Shown: positions 1 to 54,736 of the stretch, in pieces | How the letters are laid out: every line of letters begins with the position of its first letter | Position numbering within the stretch: position 1 is the first letter of the stretch | Source: the human T2T-CHM13v2.0 reference genome, Homo sapiens | DNA: 64,000 nt | Strand: one strand, 5' to 3' | Assembly (NCBI RefSeq): GCF_009914755.1 | Contig: NC_060946.1 | The notes under the pieces: model-generated | What the model was told of the DNA's origin: nothing | Databases searched by the model: none | The model's input: the letters and a program-made list of their open reading frames with translations, nothing else | Position numbers and translations under genes: made by a program

Positions 1-913
1 TCGTCCTTGTCACAGGGCATTCAGCACACGGTGGGGGAACCCGGCACCTCACCTGGCTGGGCTGGGGGCCTGCAGCATCAGCGGGGTCAGGCCAAGTAGG
101 GGTTCCGGGGGACCGGGCACAGCATCTTCTTTGAGAAGTCTCAGGCCACCCCTGGAGCAGCTGCAGCCAGGGCTGCGTGGGGACCCGCTTTGCCACGTGG
201 CTGGGGGCTGTTGGGCTGCCGTCAGCAGAAGCTGGCGCCAGGCAGGTGCTCCTAGGGCTGTGTCCTGCCCCAGCTCCATCCCTGCAGTCCACCCCAGCCA
301 TGTTCCATGTGGGTGGGCGATGGGGCTGCAGAAGGCCGGGAGGAGCCGCTGGGGCAGCCTGGTGCTCCGGCATAGACATGCGTGGGTGGTCAAGGCAGGT
401 CACTCTGCCCCTCAGAGCCTCAGTCTTCTGCCAGTGACGCAGGGAGACGGCACTGACTGCCTCCCAGGAGCGTCGGTGGCCTTGAAGGAGAGAGGTGGTG
501 TCAGGCCTGTGTTCAGCAGGGCCGGTGGGGCCCTCAGTGCACCCTGCACCTTGGGGGCTCCTGGCCCCCCTGTTGATTGGCCCCTATTCTCAAGGTTACC
601 GGTGCTGGGCTGGGTGGGGACTGCTGTCTGGTTGGGGGGGGCCAGGCCAGCAGGGTGGTGGTGGCACCAGGATGGACAGTGGCCTGGCCCTGGGGCAGGT
701 GTGGCCCCTCAGTGAACTGACCCTTCTCTGCTTCTTTGGGGTCTCTACTGGGCCTGAGTCTGGGGTTCCCTGATTTTTCTAGTTTGGGTAAAAGCCAAAT
801 TTTGTGAGCATATTAAAGAGTGGATGCTGTGAGTGCAACGCACTCTTCATCGCCACCTTGTGGTTGAGGCGGTGACAGGACATCAGGAAGATCGCCCAGA
901 AACTGCAGAGTGA

Positions 914-8331
<7,418 letters not shown>

Positions 8332-8439
8332 CGGCCTCGGCACGCTCCACACCCCTGGAGTCTCCCGAGGCCCCCATGTGCTGCTGAGTGGCCAAGATGA
8401 TGCCAGGCTGCCCTATACACTGGGGGATTCTGCCCTGGC

Positions 8440-8525
8440 CCATGCACACCCGTCTTTCCATGATGGCAGAGACATCCAGTCAGGACCTGACCCGTCTCTG
8501 TCTGAGGCCGGCTCAGCAGTGCAGC
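8440..8525 (+). promoter_or_regulatory. SECIS element (form 2, CC in place of AA)
   Basis: ATGA 8460-8463; helix GGCAGAGAC 8465-8473 pairs with GTCTCTGTC 8494-8502; TGA 8503-8505 completes the GA quartet; CC 8476-8477; apical ministem GTCAG 8479-8483 / CTGAC 8487-8491. Confidence 0.9.
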
Positions 8526-8556
8526 CTGGTCCCTGGGGGCTGGACCCAGGCTCCTA

Positions 8557-8562
8557 AATAAA
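8557..8562 (+). terminator. SELENOO polyadenylation signal AATAAA
   Basis: Canonical hexamer 3' of the SECIS, followed by GT-rich sequence at about 8580-8600. Confidence 0.85.
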
Positions 8563-8667
8563 CCAGCAACTCCCTCGAGTCTGTCTCTGTGGTCATTGTT
8601 CCCCCACCCTGCCCTGTCCTCAGCCCCCGCCCAGGAGAGAGAGCTGCAGACAGGGTCCGAGAACACC

Positions 8668-8673
8668 TTTATT
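8668..8673 (-). terminator. TUBGCP6 polyadenylation signal AATAAA
   Basis: tttatt on +, 24 nt past the TUBGCP6 stop codon. Confidence 0.8.
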
Positions 8674-8697
8674 GTGCACGTCCCCCGCAGAGCAGCC

Positions 8698-35460
<26,763 letters not shown>

Positions 35461-36200
35461 GCCCCTTCTCAGCTCCGGGCCCCCGGCGTGTGGGAAAACA
35501 CCTCACCCGGGCTTCACTCACGCTCCGGAAGACAGGGAGTGAGAGAGGGTCCGAAGAGGCTGAATGACAGGCGGCCTCTCCAATGCCGAAGCTCAGAACT
35601 GGTATTTTTTTAAAGGAGGTCTTGCGGTTGCTCTACTCAGAGTAAACACGCCCTGCCCTCCCCAGTCCAAGCACGCTGCCCGGCGCCCGGCAGCCCACCA
35701 GAAGCCAGCTCGGCGTTTCTTCTAATTCAGTAGCCCTCAACCTTTAGGGAGTCACAGAACCGTGGCAAAACCGAAGAACGAAACGCGCGCCCGCGCAGTA
35801 CAGCGGACGAACTCGGCTTTGCACCCGTTCTTCGGGACCCACGAGAGGAGACGGCCAGGAGAGGGTGCCACTCCGAGGGTCGTGGGCAGCGGAGAGTCTG
35901 GGGGCTCAGCCGGGTGGGTCCCGGGTTCTGGCCTGCACGTCCACCCGTTCTCCAGGCCTCACCCGTGGAAAGTGCCCACGGCTGCCGCTCTCGCCGCCTC
36001 CGTCGCGTCACAGCCGCGCCAGTGTGAAGAGCACTAGGGCGGGCGCGCCGGAAATACGTCACGGGAACGCCGGCAGCGCGTGAAGTTGGTGAGGCCTGGG
36101 CCGCGGCATACTTCCGGCCTGAGTCCGGCACCGCGGGTGAGAGACCGAGGCCGAGCGTGCTCAGTAAAGGAGGCAGAGCCAGCGTTTCGTTTGAGCGATG

Positions 36201-36206
36201 TTTACT
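36201..36206 (-). terminator. Candidate variant polyA signal AGTAAA for HDAC10
   Basis: tttact on +, about 300 nt past the stop. No canonical hexamer seen before the TUBGCP6 promoter. Confidence 0.55.
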
Positions 36207-36508
36207 AACGGCGCAAGGGCGGGGAGCGAAGCGCAGCGGGGCGCAGGGGCCGGAACGGGACCGAGCGTGGGTTGCATGGGCCTCGATGGGACGGGCCGGG
36301 GCGCGATGGGTGGGGCGGGGGCGAGGTGAGGTGAGGGGTGGAGCGGGGGAAGCACGGGTGGGAGGGGGCGGGGCGCGGGGATTGGGAGTGGGCGGGGTTC
36401 CGTGCCCCAGAGTCGAGGGAGCCGTGGGCTTGGGGTCCGGATCGCGGCCGCGGGGCGCTGGCGTGCGGTGTCATTTCTGCGGTGTAAATGCTCCCACCTT
36501 GGCCGATT

Positions 36509-39500
36509 TCAAGCCACCAGGTGAGGATGGCACTACAGGAGGAGCCGAGAAGAGGCGCGCAGTTGGCCTCCGGCGCTGGAGCTGGTTCAGGGCACTCCCC
36601 TGCCCTGCCCTCCCCACCGATCTGTGCGGCAGAGCCAGGCCCCAGGGCAGGGCCATGCCTCCGCAGTCAGCCTCACCTGCAACATCTTCCACTGAGGCTC
36701 CAGCTGCCCTCTCAGGTACATCAGGGCCTGGACGTCCTCTGGGGAGGCCACAGAGGAAGGGCCTAGGCTAGGAGGTGCCTCTCCATTCAGCACCCGGGCC
36801 AGGATCCCTGCTAGCTGGGGTGTGGAGTTCTGGACCAGGGGCGAAGACGGAAGCAGTCACTGGTCCTTCCCCTCGTCCCACCCCACAGCACCTCCACCCT
36901 GCCCAGCTTACCTCCTCCAGGAGGGCCAGGACTCGGCCCCCTGCCAGCCCCCGAAGCATTGCAGCCAGGAGTGCAGCGTGGGGGCCCTGCAGGCCATGGC
37001 CAGGCCCCAGCGCCACCAGCACCAGGTCAGGCTGGAAGCCATAGGCCAGGGGCAGCACCAAGCCCAAGATGCAGCTCAGGAAACCACCGGTCATCTGTGG
37101 GGACAGCAGAGCCCAGCTCCTCATCTACGGACACCTGCTGGCTCTGGCCTCCCAACCTCCCAATCTCAGGGCCCCTGGAGTAGGAGCAGGGAGACAGGAA
37201 GGACCAGAGGCCTGCTATCATGACAATGCCAGCAAACAGCAGCTGTACACATCCATGGGCTCCCCAGCACCTGCCTTGCCGCGTGGCATGGTCACTCACC
37301 ACTGGCAGTGGCGTGGAGACATGGAACATGGATAGGGCAGCCGCCTCCTTGCCCCTGATGTTCAGCCACAGACTCCTCCTTCCAGGACACAGGTGCATAA
37401 GTGTAAGGCCCTGCTCACCCTCCTGAGCCCAAACCGCAGAGGCAGAGGTGGAAGAGCATTCACGGGGCCATGGGCAGGGGTGCTGTGACTGCTGAGCCTC
37501 TGTGCTGGAGACCCACCTGGCATTGCCTCCAGCAGCCCTTCTCCCACACCCCAGCTGAGGAAGGCTCCATTCAGTACCACACAGTGCCCCACCCACCCGT
37601 CACCCTGGGGCCCAGGCACACGTCCATCACATGCCCGTCCACATGCATGGCTGGACATATGCAAGACCTGAGAGTCCTACCCGTCATGGGCGAGGTCTGG
37701 AGGCCGGTCCAGCTGTCCCAGGGCCACGCACAGCAGCCTGGAAGAAGAGCTGGCCTCAGGACAGGTGTTCATGTTGTCCAGAGTCCATTCCCAGAACTCT
37801 CTGTGCTTGGCCAGCCAGGATAGGGGTGCCCACAGGTCCTGCCGTCAGAGGCTCAGGATGGCCAAGTGAGGCTTACCTCTGGGCTCCGTGGGACAGGCCT
37901 CTCCGAACAGCCACATCCAGGGTGGCTGCTGCAGCAGAGGCTGGAGTGGCTGCTATACCACTGTTCACCTGTGGGATGAATAAACAGTGGAGAATGAGGC
38001 ACCAACCAACTCCCAAGCCAGGTAAACAGATCCACAGTTCCCTTCATTCGGTGTGTCTCTGCGGCTACTGTCAGCCACACGTCTTCTTACACTAAGGTCA
38101 ATCACTCCATTTCTGTAAATAAGATGCTTACGTCTATAATTTTTTTTTTTTTTTTTAGAGAGGCAGGGTCTCGTTCTGTAGCCAGGCTGGCGTGCAGTGG
38201 CGCAATTGTAGCTCACCACAGCCTCAAACTCCTGGGCTTAAGCGATCGTCCTGCCTCAGCCTCCTAAGTAACTACAGGCACACACCACCACGCTTGGCTG
38301 ACTTTTTTATTTTTTGTGAAGACAGGGTCTCCATATGTTCTCTAGGCTGGTCTTGAACTCCTGGGCTCAAGCGTTTCTCCCACCTTGGCCCCCCAAACTG
38401 CCGTTATTACAGGCATGAGCCACTGCACCCTGCCTAAATGTATACTTTAAATCACCCCCTTCACCTCTCTGCCAAAGAGCATTTAACTGAAGAAGCTGAG
38501 GTCAGAGGTCAGACACACTAGTGATCCCCACCCCTGGGGCTGTTCTGGGAACAGTTCCTGGCACAAGGCAATGTTCACATCCATGTGGTTCTGCACCACC
38601 CAGCCCTCCTCTGGACAGGCCACATCTCGTTGGCAGGTCCTGGTCCCTGCCCCTAGGTCCACAGCATCCCCAACCCCTCCCAGGTGCTCCCACCTGCCCA
38701 TCCAGCATCCCATCTAAGAGGTACAGGAGCTTCCCAAGTGCAGTGAGGGCCTCCTCCCGGGCCAGGGACTCGTGTGGCCTGTGGTGGACAGACCAGAGGG
38801 ACACACAGACACGGAGTGACCGCAGGTCAGGCACACACAGGCACAGGTGTAGATGCGGCCCCATCCTTCTCCCCAGGCCAGCCCTGCCCACCTGGCCCAG
38901 GCTTCTGTCTCCTCCCTCAGGGCTGACGCTTCCTGTTGGATGACGTCAGGGGGCAGAACCAATGTGATATCCGGCGTTGTCAGGGCAACAGCGGTGCGGA
39001 CAGAGGGTGCGGGGCAGAGGCACGGCTGGTCCAGGAGGGAGCTCGGTGCAGATGCAGCTGCCTTACACACTGGACCCCCAGGCAGCAGAGGTGGAGGCCT
39101 CCCCTCTGGGGAGTGGCTGCTGGGGCTCATCGGCACAGCGGTCACATCTAGGGACAGTTCGGAGTCATAGCCACTGCACAGGAGCCCGAGGTGGGATCCT
39201 GCAGCCTAGCACCCGGCCACACTGACCTTGCTGCTGGAGGCTCTTCCAGTGCGGGGCCTGGGCAGCACGGGCACTCTGGATGGACTCTAGGGCACTGTGA
39301 GGGAGACACAACAGTCGTGACACCTGGTCTCACACCCCGGCCCTGCCCGCCCTACCTCCCCTCGCACCTCTGACATGGCGCCATTGGCCCTGACAGGGGT
39401 GGGGCCGGGTCACCCAGCAGCGTCTGTACTGTCATGCACACTGACTCCGCCAGTGACTCCAGGTGGTAGCCGCCCTGGGAGGAGGGTGGAGACATGATTG

Positions 39501-42035
39501 GGGCAGAGATATCACTGGGATGGGATGTCACCGGGAGAGCCCCTGCCTGGCTCTATCCCGGGCAGGACGCCCCTCCCAAATACCCCGTGGGCACCTGGCT
39601 CCCATGCTCCTGACCCCCAGGCCTCTGGCCCAGAGACCCTCCCTGTGTGCCCTCCCCAGTCACCTCCAGCACGGCACAGACCCGGCCGCCGGCCAGCACC
39701 TGCAGCAGCTGTGTGAGGTGGGCGAAGCACTCTGGCGTGGCCTGCATTTGCCCCTGGAACCAGAGCCATGTGTGATGGGGGACCTGGGCCCCAGGACCCC
39801 AGAAGCCCTCCCTGGCAAGGCAAGGCCCTCACCTCAGGGTCCCCGATGGCTGAGTCAAATCCTGCCGAGACCAGCACCAGCTCAGGGTCAAACTACAGGC
39901 CAGGCCGGAGTGGGGAGGGTCGACAGAGAGGGGCTGGAGCCCAGGTGAGGGCGAGCCAGGCCCATCCCATCCCCTCCTGAGCACCTTCCCCAGCCACACA
40001 GGAGTGGGACAGCTCATAACCCTCCTCCTGCCTTCACTGGCGCACTCCAGGCACAAGGTCCCCCTCCCACCCGGCTGCCCTGGGGGAGCCCTCCGTGCAG
40101 TCACCTCAAAGGCCAGTGGGAGCAGCAGGTGCAGGAAGGCAGCCACGTAGTCAGCGTTTCCCATCCCAACCTGGCAGGACATCCCAGGCTACATCCTGAA
40201 CTGTGGGGCAGGGGAGGGGCCCGGGGGAGGGGGGTGGGTGGGGACCTGGGGCTTGAGGGTGAACTGTGGGGGAGGGGAGGGGCCCAGGGGGAGGGGGCTG
40301 GGTGGGGACCTGGGGCTTGAGGGTGGGCACCTGGTTCCAGGGCAGGTTGACAGTGAAGCCGAGGCCCTGTCCCCGCCCCACTGCGTCTGCATCTGACTCT
40401 CGCAGGAAAGGCCAGAAGCGCCCATGCTCATAGCGGTGCCAGGAGAAGTAAAGGACGCTGCCAACAGCCAGCCAGGGCCAGAGGTCAAAGGTCAGGACCC
40501 TCAACAGCTCTACAGCTCCCTGTAGAACGCTGACCCCTGAGCACATGTCTGTATCTCACCCCTGGATTTTCCCAGGCCAGGCTGTGCACCCAAAAACTGG
40601 GGCTGCAGGGAAGGGTGGTTTCCGCACCCCTGCTCACCTGGGGTCATCCTCAAAGAGATACTGGATCCCCTGGCCATGGTGCACATCCCAGTCCACGACG
40701 AGGATCCTGGGTACAGACAGCGCTGGTGGCAAAGGGGCAGGGCCTCCCACCTCCAGGAGCCCGGCCAGGGATGGGAAGGTGCTGGCTGGGTTCTCTCGCC
40801 TCCTGCGCCGCCCCTTGCTGTGTGGCCTGGGCCCACCCCCCTGCAGCCAGCCTGGCACACACCTGTGTAGCCCGTGTTTCTGCTTGGCATGTGCAGCTGC
40901 TATGGCCACGTTGTTGAACACGCAGAACCCGTTGGCAGCCGCCCTCTGGCCATGGTGCCCGGGAGGCCTACGGCGTGAGAGTAGGATTTGGGTCACGTCA
41001 GGGTCGCCCTGGCCCCTCACAGGGCCACCCACGGAGGAGCAGCCAGGGGAAGGGGCAGCTCTCACCTCACCAGGGCAAGCCCATTTTGCACAGCTCCAGT
41101 GAGCACAGCGTCCACCAGCTGCAGTCCAGCCCCTGCGGCCAGCCGCGCGCAGTGAAAGGTACTCTGTGGGCGCAGGGGCGCAGATGAGCCCCCTGCCTTC
41201 CCTGCTGCCCTTTGCAGGCCATACCCACACTTGTGCCAGGCTGCAAGACACCAGCTGCTGAGCAGAACAGGCCAGCCCCAGGCTCTGGCAGTGCCAGCAG
41301 GCAGGTGTGCAGGGCAATGTCATGTGTATGGACCAGGGGACACTGGCTGGGGTTGGCGGCCGTGGCTGTGAACGCTCAAAGGCACGTGCATGTGTGTCTG
41401 CACAGGTGAGTGTGTCCGGGGACACGCACCGGGTGGAAGTAGATGGCGTCGAACTGTCCGGACAGCGCCTGCAGCTCCTCCTTGCCTAGGACCTGGGTCT
41501 CCCTGACCAGGGATACATACTCTGGGCTGCATGCAGATGGGCAGGCAGGAGAGGCAGGGTCACCAGCAGGAGCAGGGGGGCGGGAGGCGGGGACCTGGGA
41601 TTCGTGGTGGGAGTGGCCACCCTGTCACTTCCTCAAGCCTGTGAGCCCACCCGAGGTGCATAGGGAGAGGCTCTGTATTCGAGGCTGGCAGGCTCGGGGT
41701 AGGCCCAGGTTCTTAGGTTTCTAGCTGGGCTGCCCGCCCCGCCCCCCATCGTGGGGCCTGCCCCCGTCCTGACCTGTGCACCAGGCCCAGCTCCTCTTCC
41801 GAGGCCTCGCGGGCTGACAACCGCAGACACCTCTGTTCCAGGCCGCGCTGCCGCAGGCGATCCAGGGCTGCGGTCAGGCGCTCAGGACGCTCGATCTCGC
41901 ACTCGGGGCTGGGGCAGATGAGGAGCTCAGTTCAGAGGTCCCTCCCCGCACCCCACCTCGGCCAGGTCCCACTTACTCGTCCCAGAGCAGCCGGGTGGCC
42001 GTCATGTCCTCATGGTACACAAGCGCGGTCCCCAT
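36509..42035 (-). CDS. HDAC10: Histone deacetylase 10 (class IIb, polyamine deacetylase), 20 exons, 669 aa
   Basis: Exons 41977-42035, 41774-41908, 41430-41526, 41066-41163, 40863-40967, 40638-40706, 40331-40457, 40105-40170, 39833-39892, 39664-39753, 39368-39474, 39227-39294, 38892-39147, 38694-38778, 37877-37968, 37681-37737, 37300-37378, 36912-37094, 36677-36829, 36509-36532; sum 2010 nt. Motifs [34 protein letters not shown] and LEGGY, then a Leu-rich pseudodeacetylase half. Confidence 0.97.
38138..38431 (-). mobile_element. Alu (AluJ-like), HDAC10 intron 14
   Basis: Poly-T followed by a diverged reverse-complement Alu. Confidence 0.85.
40197..40325. repeat. About 63-bp G-rich duplication in HDAC10 intron 7
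   Basis: gaactgtgggg...ggtggggacctggggcttgagggt occurs twice. Confidence 0.75.
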
Positions 42036-42750
42036 GGCTGCGCCGTGGTCACCCTGGGTTCCCAAACGCCCTCGCTAGTGGTGCCTGCCACTGCCTGTCC
42101 CCACCTTCGGCCGGGAGCAGCCGGAGGCCTGGGACCTGCCTGGGGCGCAGGCGGGCGGCGGGCACCGGCCTGGGCGGGAGCGCACAGAACCTAGGCAGGC
42201 TCCGGGATCCCAGGCGCGCAGAAGGCACGGAGCGAGGCTGCAGTCGAAGGGGGAGGCTCCCCGCGCCTGGCTTCCGGCTTCCTCGCCTCGGACCTGGGTC
42301 CCGCCCCGCGCCCTGCTCCCGGTCGCTATCGCGAGCTCCGCCCCGGAGCGAGGAACCAGCGGGCGCGGAAGCCTCGGCGCCCCGAGCCGCCAGCCCTCGG
42401 AGCTGCGCTGCGGCTCCGCCTCCCCATTGGCCCCGCCCCGATCCCCTCCAAGAGGGGCGGGGTCCCCCGGCCTTAGGCGAGTGGTCGCCGCAGCCCCACC
42501 CGAACGCCCGTGGCCGAGCCTGCCCATGAGAGCCCCGTTCTGCACCAGCTGGGTCAGGGTCCAGCGCAGCCCCAAGGCCCACCCGGCCCGGGCGCAGGAA
42601 GACCTGGGGTGAAAGGCGAGGGGGGCGAGGGGTCTGCAGGGCAAAGGCCACGAGGCGGGAGGAGCCCGCGGGGAGGCAGGTGGCGCTGCGGCCGGCTCAG
42701 GGCGGTGGTCGTGGCTGCATGGAGGCGCAGCACCGCCCCCGAGGTTTAAG
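41800..42750 (-). promoter_or_regulatory. CpG island: HDAC10 promoter
   Basis: Dense CpG, GC boxes and CCAAT (attgg, about 42426-42430) upstream of the ATG at 42035. Confidence 0.8.
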
Positions 42751-43921
42751 GAGGGAGTGAGTCCGGTTCTAGCTCCAAGAAGACCCCTGGCCCAAGAGCA
42801 GAGTCAAGGTCGGTGGAGGTGGGGACACTGGACCGGGGTTGCGGTAGCATGGTGGGGGACTGAGGAAGATAGGAGGCACGGGCACAGCCACGGAGCAAGA
42901 TGCCCGAGAGGAAACCTGAGGCCCCCTGGAGCCCAGGGGACACCCTGCCCCCGCGGGAGTTCACATCCAGCTGGGTCACAGAATTTTGGGGCCCCCAGTC
43001 CTCAGGCCACCTATGGGCCCACACTTTGGGCCCAGTGTGGACAGCAGCCATGCCACAAGTCAGCGTGGCTCCGGAACTGATGGCGATCACGTCCCCCAGG
43101 CCCGGATGCCCTGGAGAGGCATGAGGGTCGCTGGGCAGAGAAGGCCCATCTGTCGTGGCAGCTCATCAGGTCCACTTTGGCTGGGCCAGCTGTGGGCATG
43201 TCCACCGAGGACACCTGGCCTGCCCTGCCCTGCCCCTCACTGGTCTCTCTGCTGTAACCCCTGCCCTGGGACAGGTTTGGAGGTGCCCATGGCCTGTGTT
43301 CCAGCCGCCACCCTTGGAAACACCGAGTGGCCTGCAGAGGGCGGCCTGGGCACGAAGATACCACTGGAGCAGGGTAGTAGGGGCTAGAGGTTTGATCAAG
43401 AATAAAACCCAGCCCTCTGCGCTCACCAATCCACCACAGGGGCCAGAGGGGTCTCAACATGTCCAATGTGCCCCGTCCCCCCAGGGACTGGCTGGCGCTC
43501 ACCACTTCACCACAGGGGTCTCAACGTGCCCAGCGTGCCCCCTCCCCCCAGGGACCTGCTGGCATTGGAGGATGCAGAGAGCTAGGGTAGATCCTAACAC
43601 TCCTCCCCATCAGGCCCTGCCCCTGGGTCTGGCTTCAGGATCCACACACAGTGGCTTAGAGTCTAAGCCATTAGCAGGTCACCCCGTAAAAGGGGAGGGG
43701 CCAAGCCCTAACGTGGGGGTTCGAAGATCACTGGCACAGGCCTGGGGGAAGTGGGCACCAGCTTTGTGGCCTGGGAGAGATGGGATGCTCAGGCCCCCCT
43801 CCTGGCTCTAAGGGTCTGAGCTATCAGGCCAGCCTCCTCTACATGCAGGCCAAGGGCCCGGAGGTCTTAAGGTGGGACCCGGCATGAGGACGCACAGCCA
43901 GAACAGGGAGCTACAAAAGGG

Positions 43922-43927
43922 TCTATT
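43922..43927 (-). terminator. Candidate variant polyA signal AATAGA for MAPK12
   Basis: tctatt on +, about 480 nt past the stop, with a TGTA element about 40 nt upstream. No AATAAA or ATTAAA seen on this strand between 42100 and 44400. Confidence 0.5.
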
Positions 43928-44403
43928 TCCTTCCAGCCACGCGGGCACCACACAGCTGATTTACATTCCAGGCTGGGGGTGCAGGAAGGTCCACTGACGT
44001 CGCCCAGGAGAGGGGATGTCCCTGAGTTGGTGCCCTGCGCCCACCCTCTGTCCTTCCTCTGCATGGCCCAGAGCAGGCAGGGCTCAGAGGCCAAGGCCTG
44101 ATCTGGAGCCCCACCAGCTCTGAGGTTTCTGAGAGCACCGGGCAAGTGGGCCACTGCTCCAGGGATCAGAGGCCATCCCCAGGTCGGCCAGAGGTCTTGT
44201 CCAGAAAGTTCAGGTGCTCCTCCATGATGGGCGCCCAAGAGCAGAGGCATGGCCGTGGGGAGGAGGGTCCATGGAACCCGGGCGTCTGCTCTGATGGATG
44301 CCTTGGGATGCAAGCCCCAGCCAAGGTCAAGGTGGCAACGAGAGTCCCCTCTCAGGTGGAAGGTGAAGGTGGTCCTCACTGCCACCCCGGAGCCCAGAGA
44401 TCT

Positions 44404-52512
<8,109 letters not shown>

Positions 52513-54730
52513 GGCAGGCCCGGGAGCTGCCCACCCCGCAGAGCCTGCGGGCGGTGCCCCCACGACCGGGGACGGGGCTCCCTCGGCGCGCGCCTCGGGC
52601 CGGCTCCGCGCCGCTCGTCCGCTCGCCCGCCCGCCCGCCGGCCGCTGGGGCGCTCCCGCTCCCGGCCCTTCCCTCAGGGATGTCCCAGGTGCCGACCCCG
52701 GCCCGACCCCGACCCAGGCTGCGCACGGCCCCTCCCCCGCCCGGGGACCAACCGGCCCGCGGGCGGCGCGCACGTGACGCCCTCGCCCGCCCTCCGGCCC
52801 CTCCGGAAACCCGAGGCGGCCGCCGCCGGGGGAGGGCCGGAGCCTGGGGAGGGCCGGAGCCTGGGGGGAAGCGCAGGGGGAGGGGAGCGCCGCCCCGCAG
52901 CTTCGTCCCCATAAAGGGCCGGACGCGGCGCGGAGATACCTCTGCCAGCCTCTCCCCTTTGGCTGAACTTCCCCGCCCTGGGGGGGTCTCAGCAGGAGCC
53001 CCCCCCCCCCCCCCCCGCCCGCTCCAGTCCTAACTCCCCACGGCTCCAGGGCGCAGGGCCCATCCTTGACAGCCTGAGCGCTGACTTCTATGGCAGCCGC
53101 AAGTCGGGCTGAGCCCTGTGTTCCCGGGGTCAACTTCGCAGGCCACCCCCAAGGATGCCCTACCACTGAGCCTGATCCATCCGTCCCCCAACAAGGGGTC
53201 CATCTGCACCTGTCCTGCCTGTATCCCTCTTTCTACACGGAGGGGTCTGTCCCCCAAACTCCTCAGGCTGCATCCCCAACCCCACTCCTGTGGCCACTGA
53301 CCCCGGGCCTCTCAGTCCCATAGGTCCCCGTGGGCCCTTTTGGACCCCCAGCTCCTCCCCCTGCTCCCCCCATCTGTGGGGTGCCTGCTCCAAGCATTGC
53401 AAGTACTGGTGTCTCTGCCCATCCCACCCCTGCCTGTCCTGTCCTGCAAAACCCAGGCTGAGAGTGGCTGCACTCTCTCCAGCAGGGATGGGGACCTGCT
53501 GGGGCCCTCCGCCTGACCCCTCTGTGTGGGCATTGTCCTCCCATAGGTCTGGCCCCATCCTGGACCAGATGCTCCTGAGGGCAAAGCCCCACCCTGACAC
53601 CCCTTCACCAGCCCAGGAACCTGGATCTCAGAAGGGATGTTGGGGCACCCCAGGAGCCCACTGGGCTGGTGGGTAACAGGATCCCTAGGGCCTTCTGCCC
53701 CGCCCTCCTGCCATGAATCAGCAGCTCAGCCGCTCAAGGGTGGTAGTAGCTTTACACCTGGGCTTGGGCCGTGCTCCACGGCATTCACCAGCTCGTGACC
53801 AGTGAGCGGGGCAGCCCAGGGCCACCCAAACCACAGCTGCCTGTGGCCCATACCCTTTGTGCCCTGGGCTGCCTGTGGCACTCCATCCACCTCTTCCAGG
53901 AAGCCCAGCTTCCACGCTGTCCCCCTTACTCCCCGTGGTGGGGCTCAGGGGTCCAGCAGGCCCTGCACGGACCAGGCTTCTGAGGTGGGGCTGTGTCACC
54001 ATTCTCCTCCCACCCCCAACCGCCAACACTGGACTTCCCCCGGGATTGACCACTACACTGACCAGGCCCCAGGAGGCCCCCAACTCCCAGACGGTTTCCA
54101 CCCCTACCCAAGACCCAAGCAAGGGCACAGACTGTCCCTGGTCCTTAGAGACACTGCCTGACCCCAAATGGCCTGGACCCTCCCCCACACATAAGCTGCA
54201 GCGCGTAGTGGGAACGGGACCAGCGTGCACATTCCCTGGGTTAAAGTGGCCTCTTTTTCCTTCACCAGGAGGGAAAGGAAAGCTATTTTCCCTACCCTGC
54301 CCAGCCCCCACCCAGGGATGGGCAGACCCTTGCTCCTTGAGACACCCAACTTCTCCCCAGCCAGCTTCCCTGAACACTGAGGGGTAGGCGGGGGTGGTGT
54401 CTGGATCTTGGCCCAAAGCCAAGCCTGCCCAGTACATCCCCACAGGGCAGCTGGGGTCACCATCTGGGTGGCTGTCACACCCTGTGCCCTCAAAGTCTGC
54501 CCATCAGCCATGTCTTCCCCTGGTCCCCCTGGGCTCTCAGACCCTCCAGGGAGCAGGGAGGGTGCCAGAAGATGGCCGCTGGTCTGACTGGGGGCCTGAG
54601 GGATCTGGCCAGCTGGAGGTGAGTGATGCAGGATGACCCAGACACTCCCCCCACGCCCAGCAGCAGGGATGGTGGGGGCACCCGGGCCTGGAGTAGCCTT
54701 TGGATACAAGCCAAGTGAGAGAGAACCCCC

Positions 54731-54736
54731 TTTATT
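54731..54736 (-). terminator. MAPK11 polyadenylation signal AATAAA
   Basis: tttatt on +, about 1.2 kb past the MAPK11 stop; the first canonical hexamer I see downstream. Confidence 0.8.

Noticed and set aside
49-773. Overlapping ORFs of 86-194 aa at the window start
   Set aside because: GC-rich SELENOO intron; no recognisable domain or consistent splice context.
8397-8440. Second ATGA followed by a GCCAGG/CCTGGC stem (possible extra SECIS)
   Set aside because: No 3' GA to complete the quartet, and the helix is too short.
36786-36806. TTCAGCACC half RE1 site in HDAC10 exon 19
   Set aside because: The right half lacks the GGACAG core and the sequence is explained by coding constraint.
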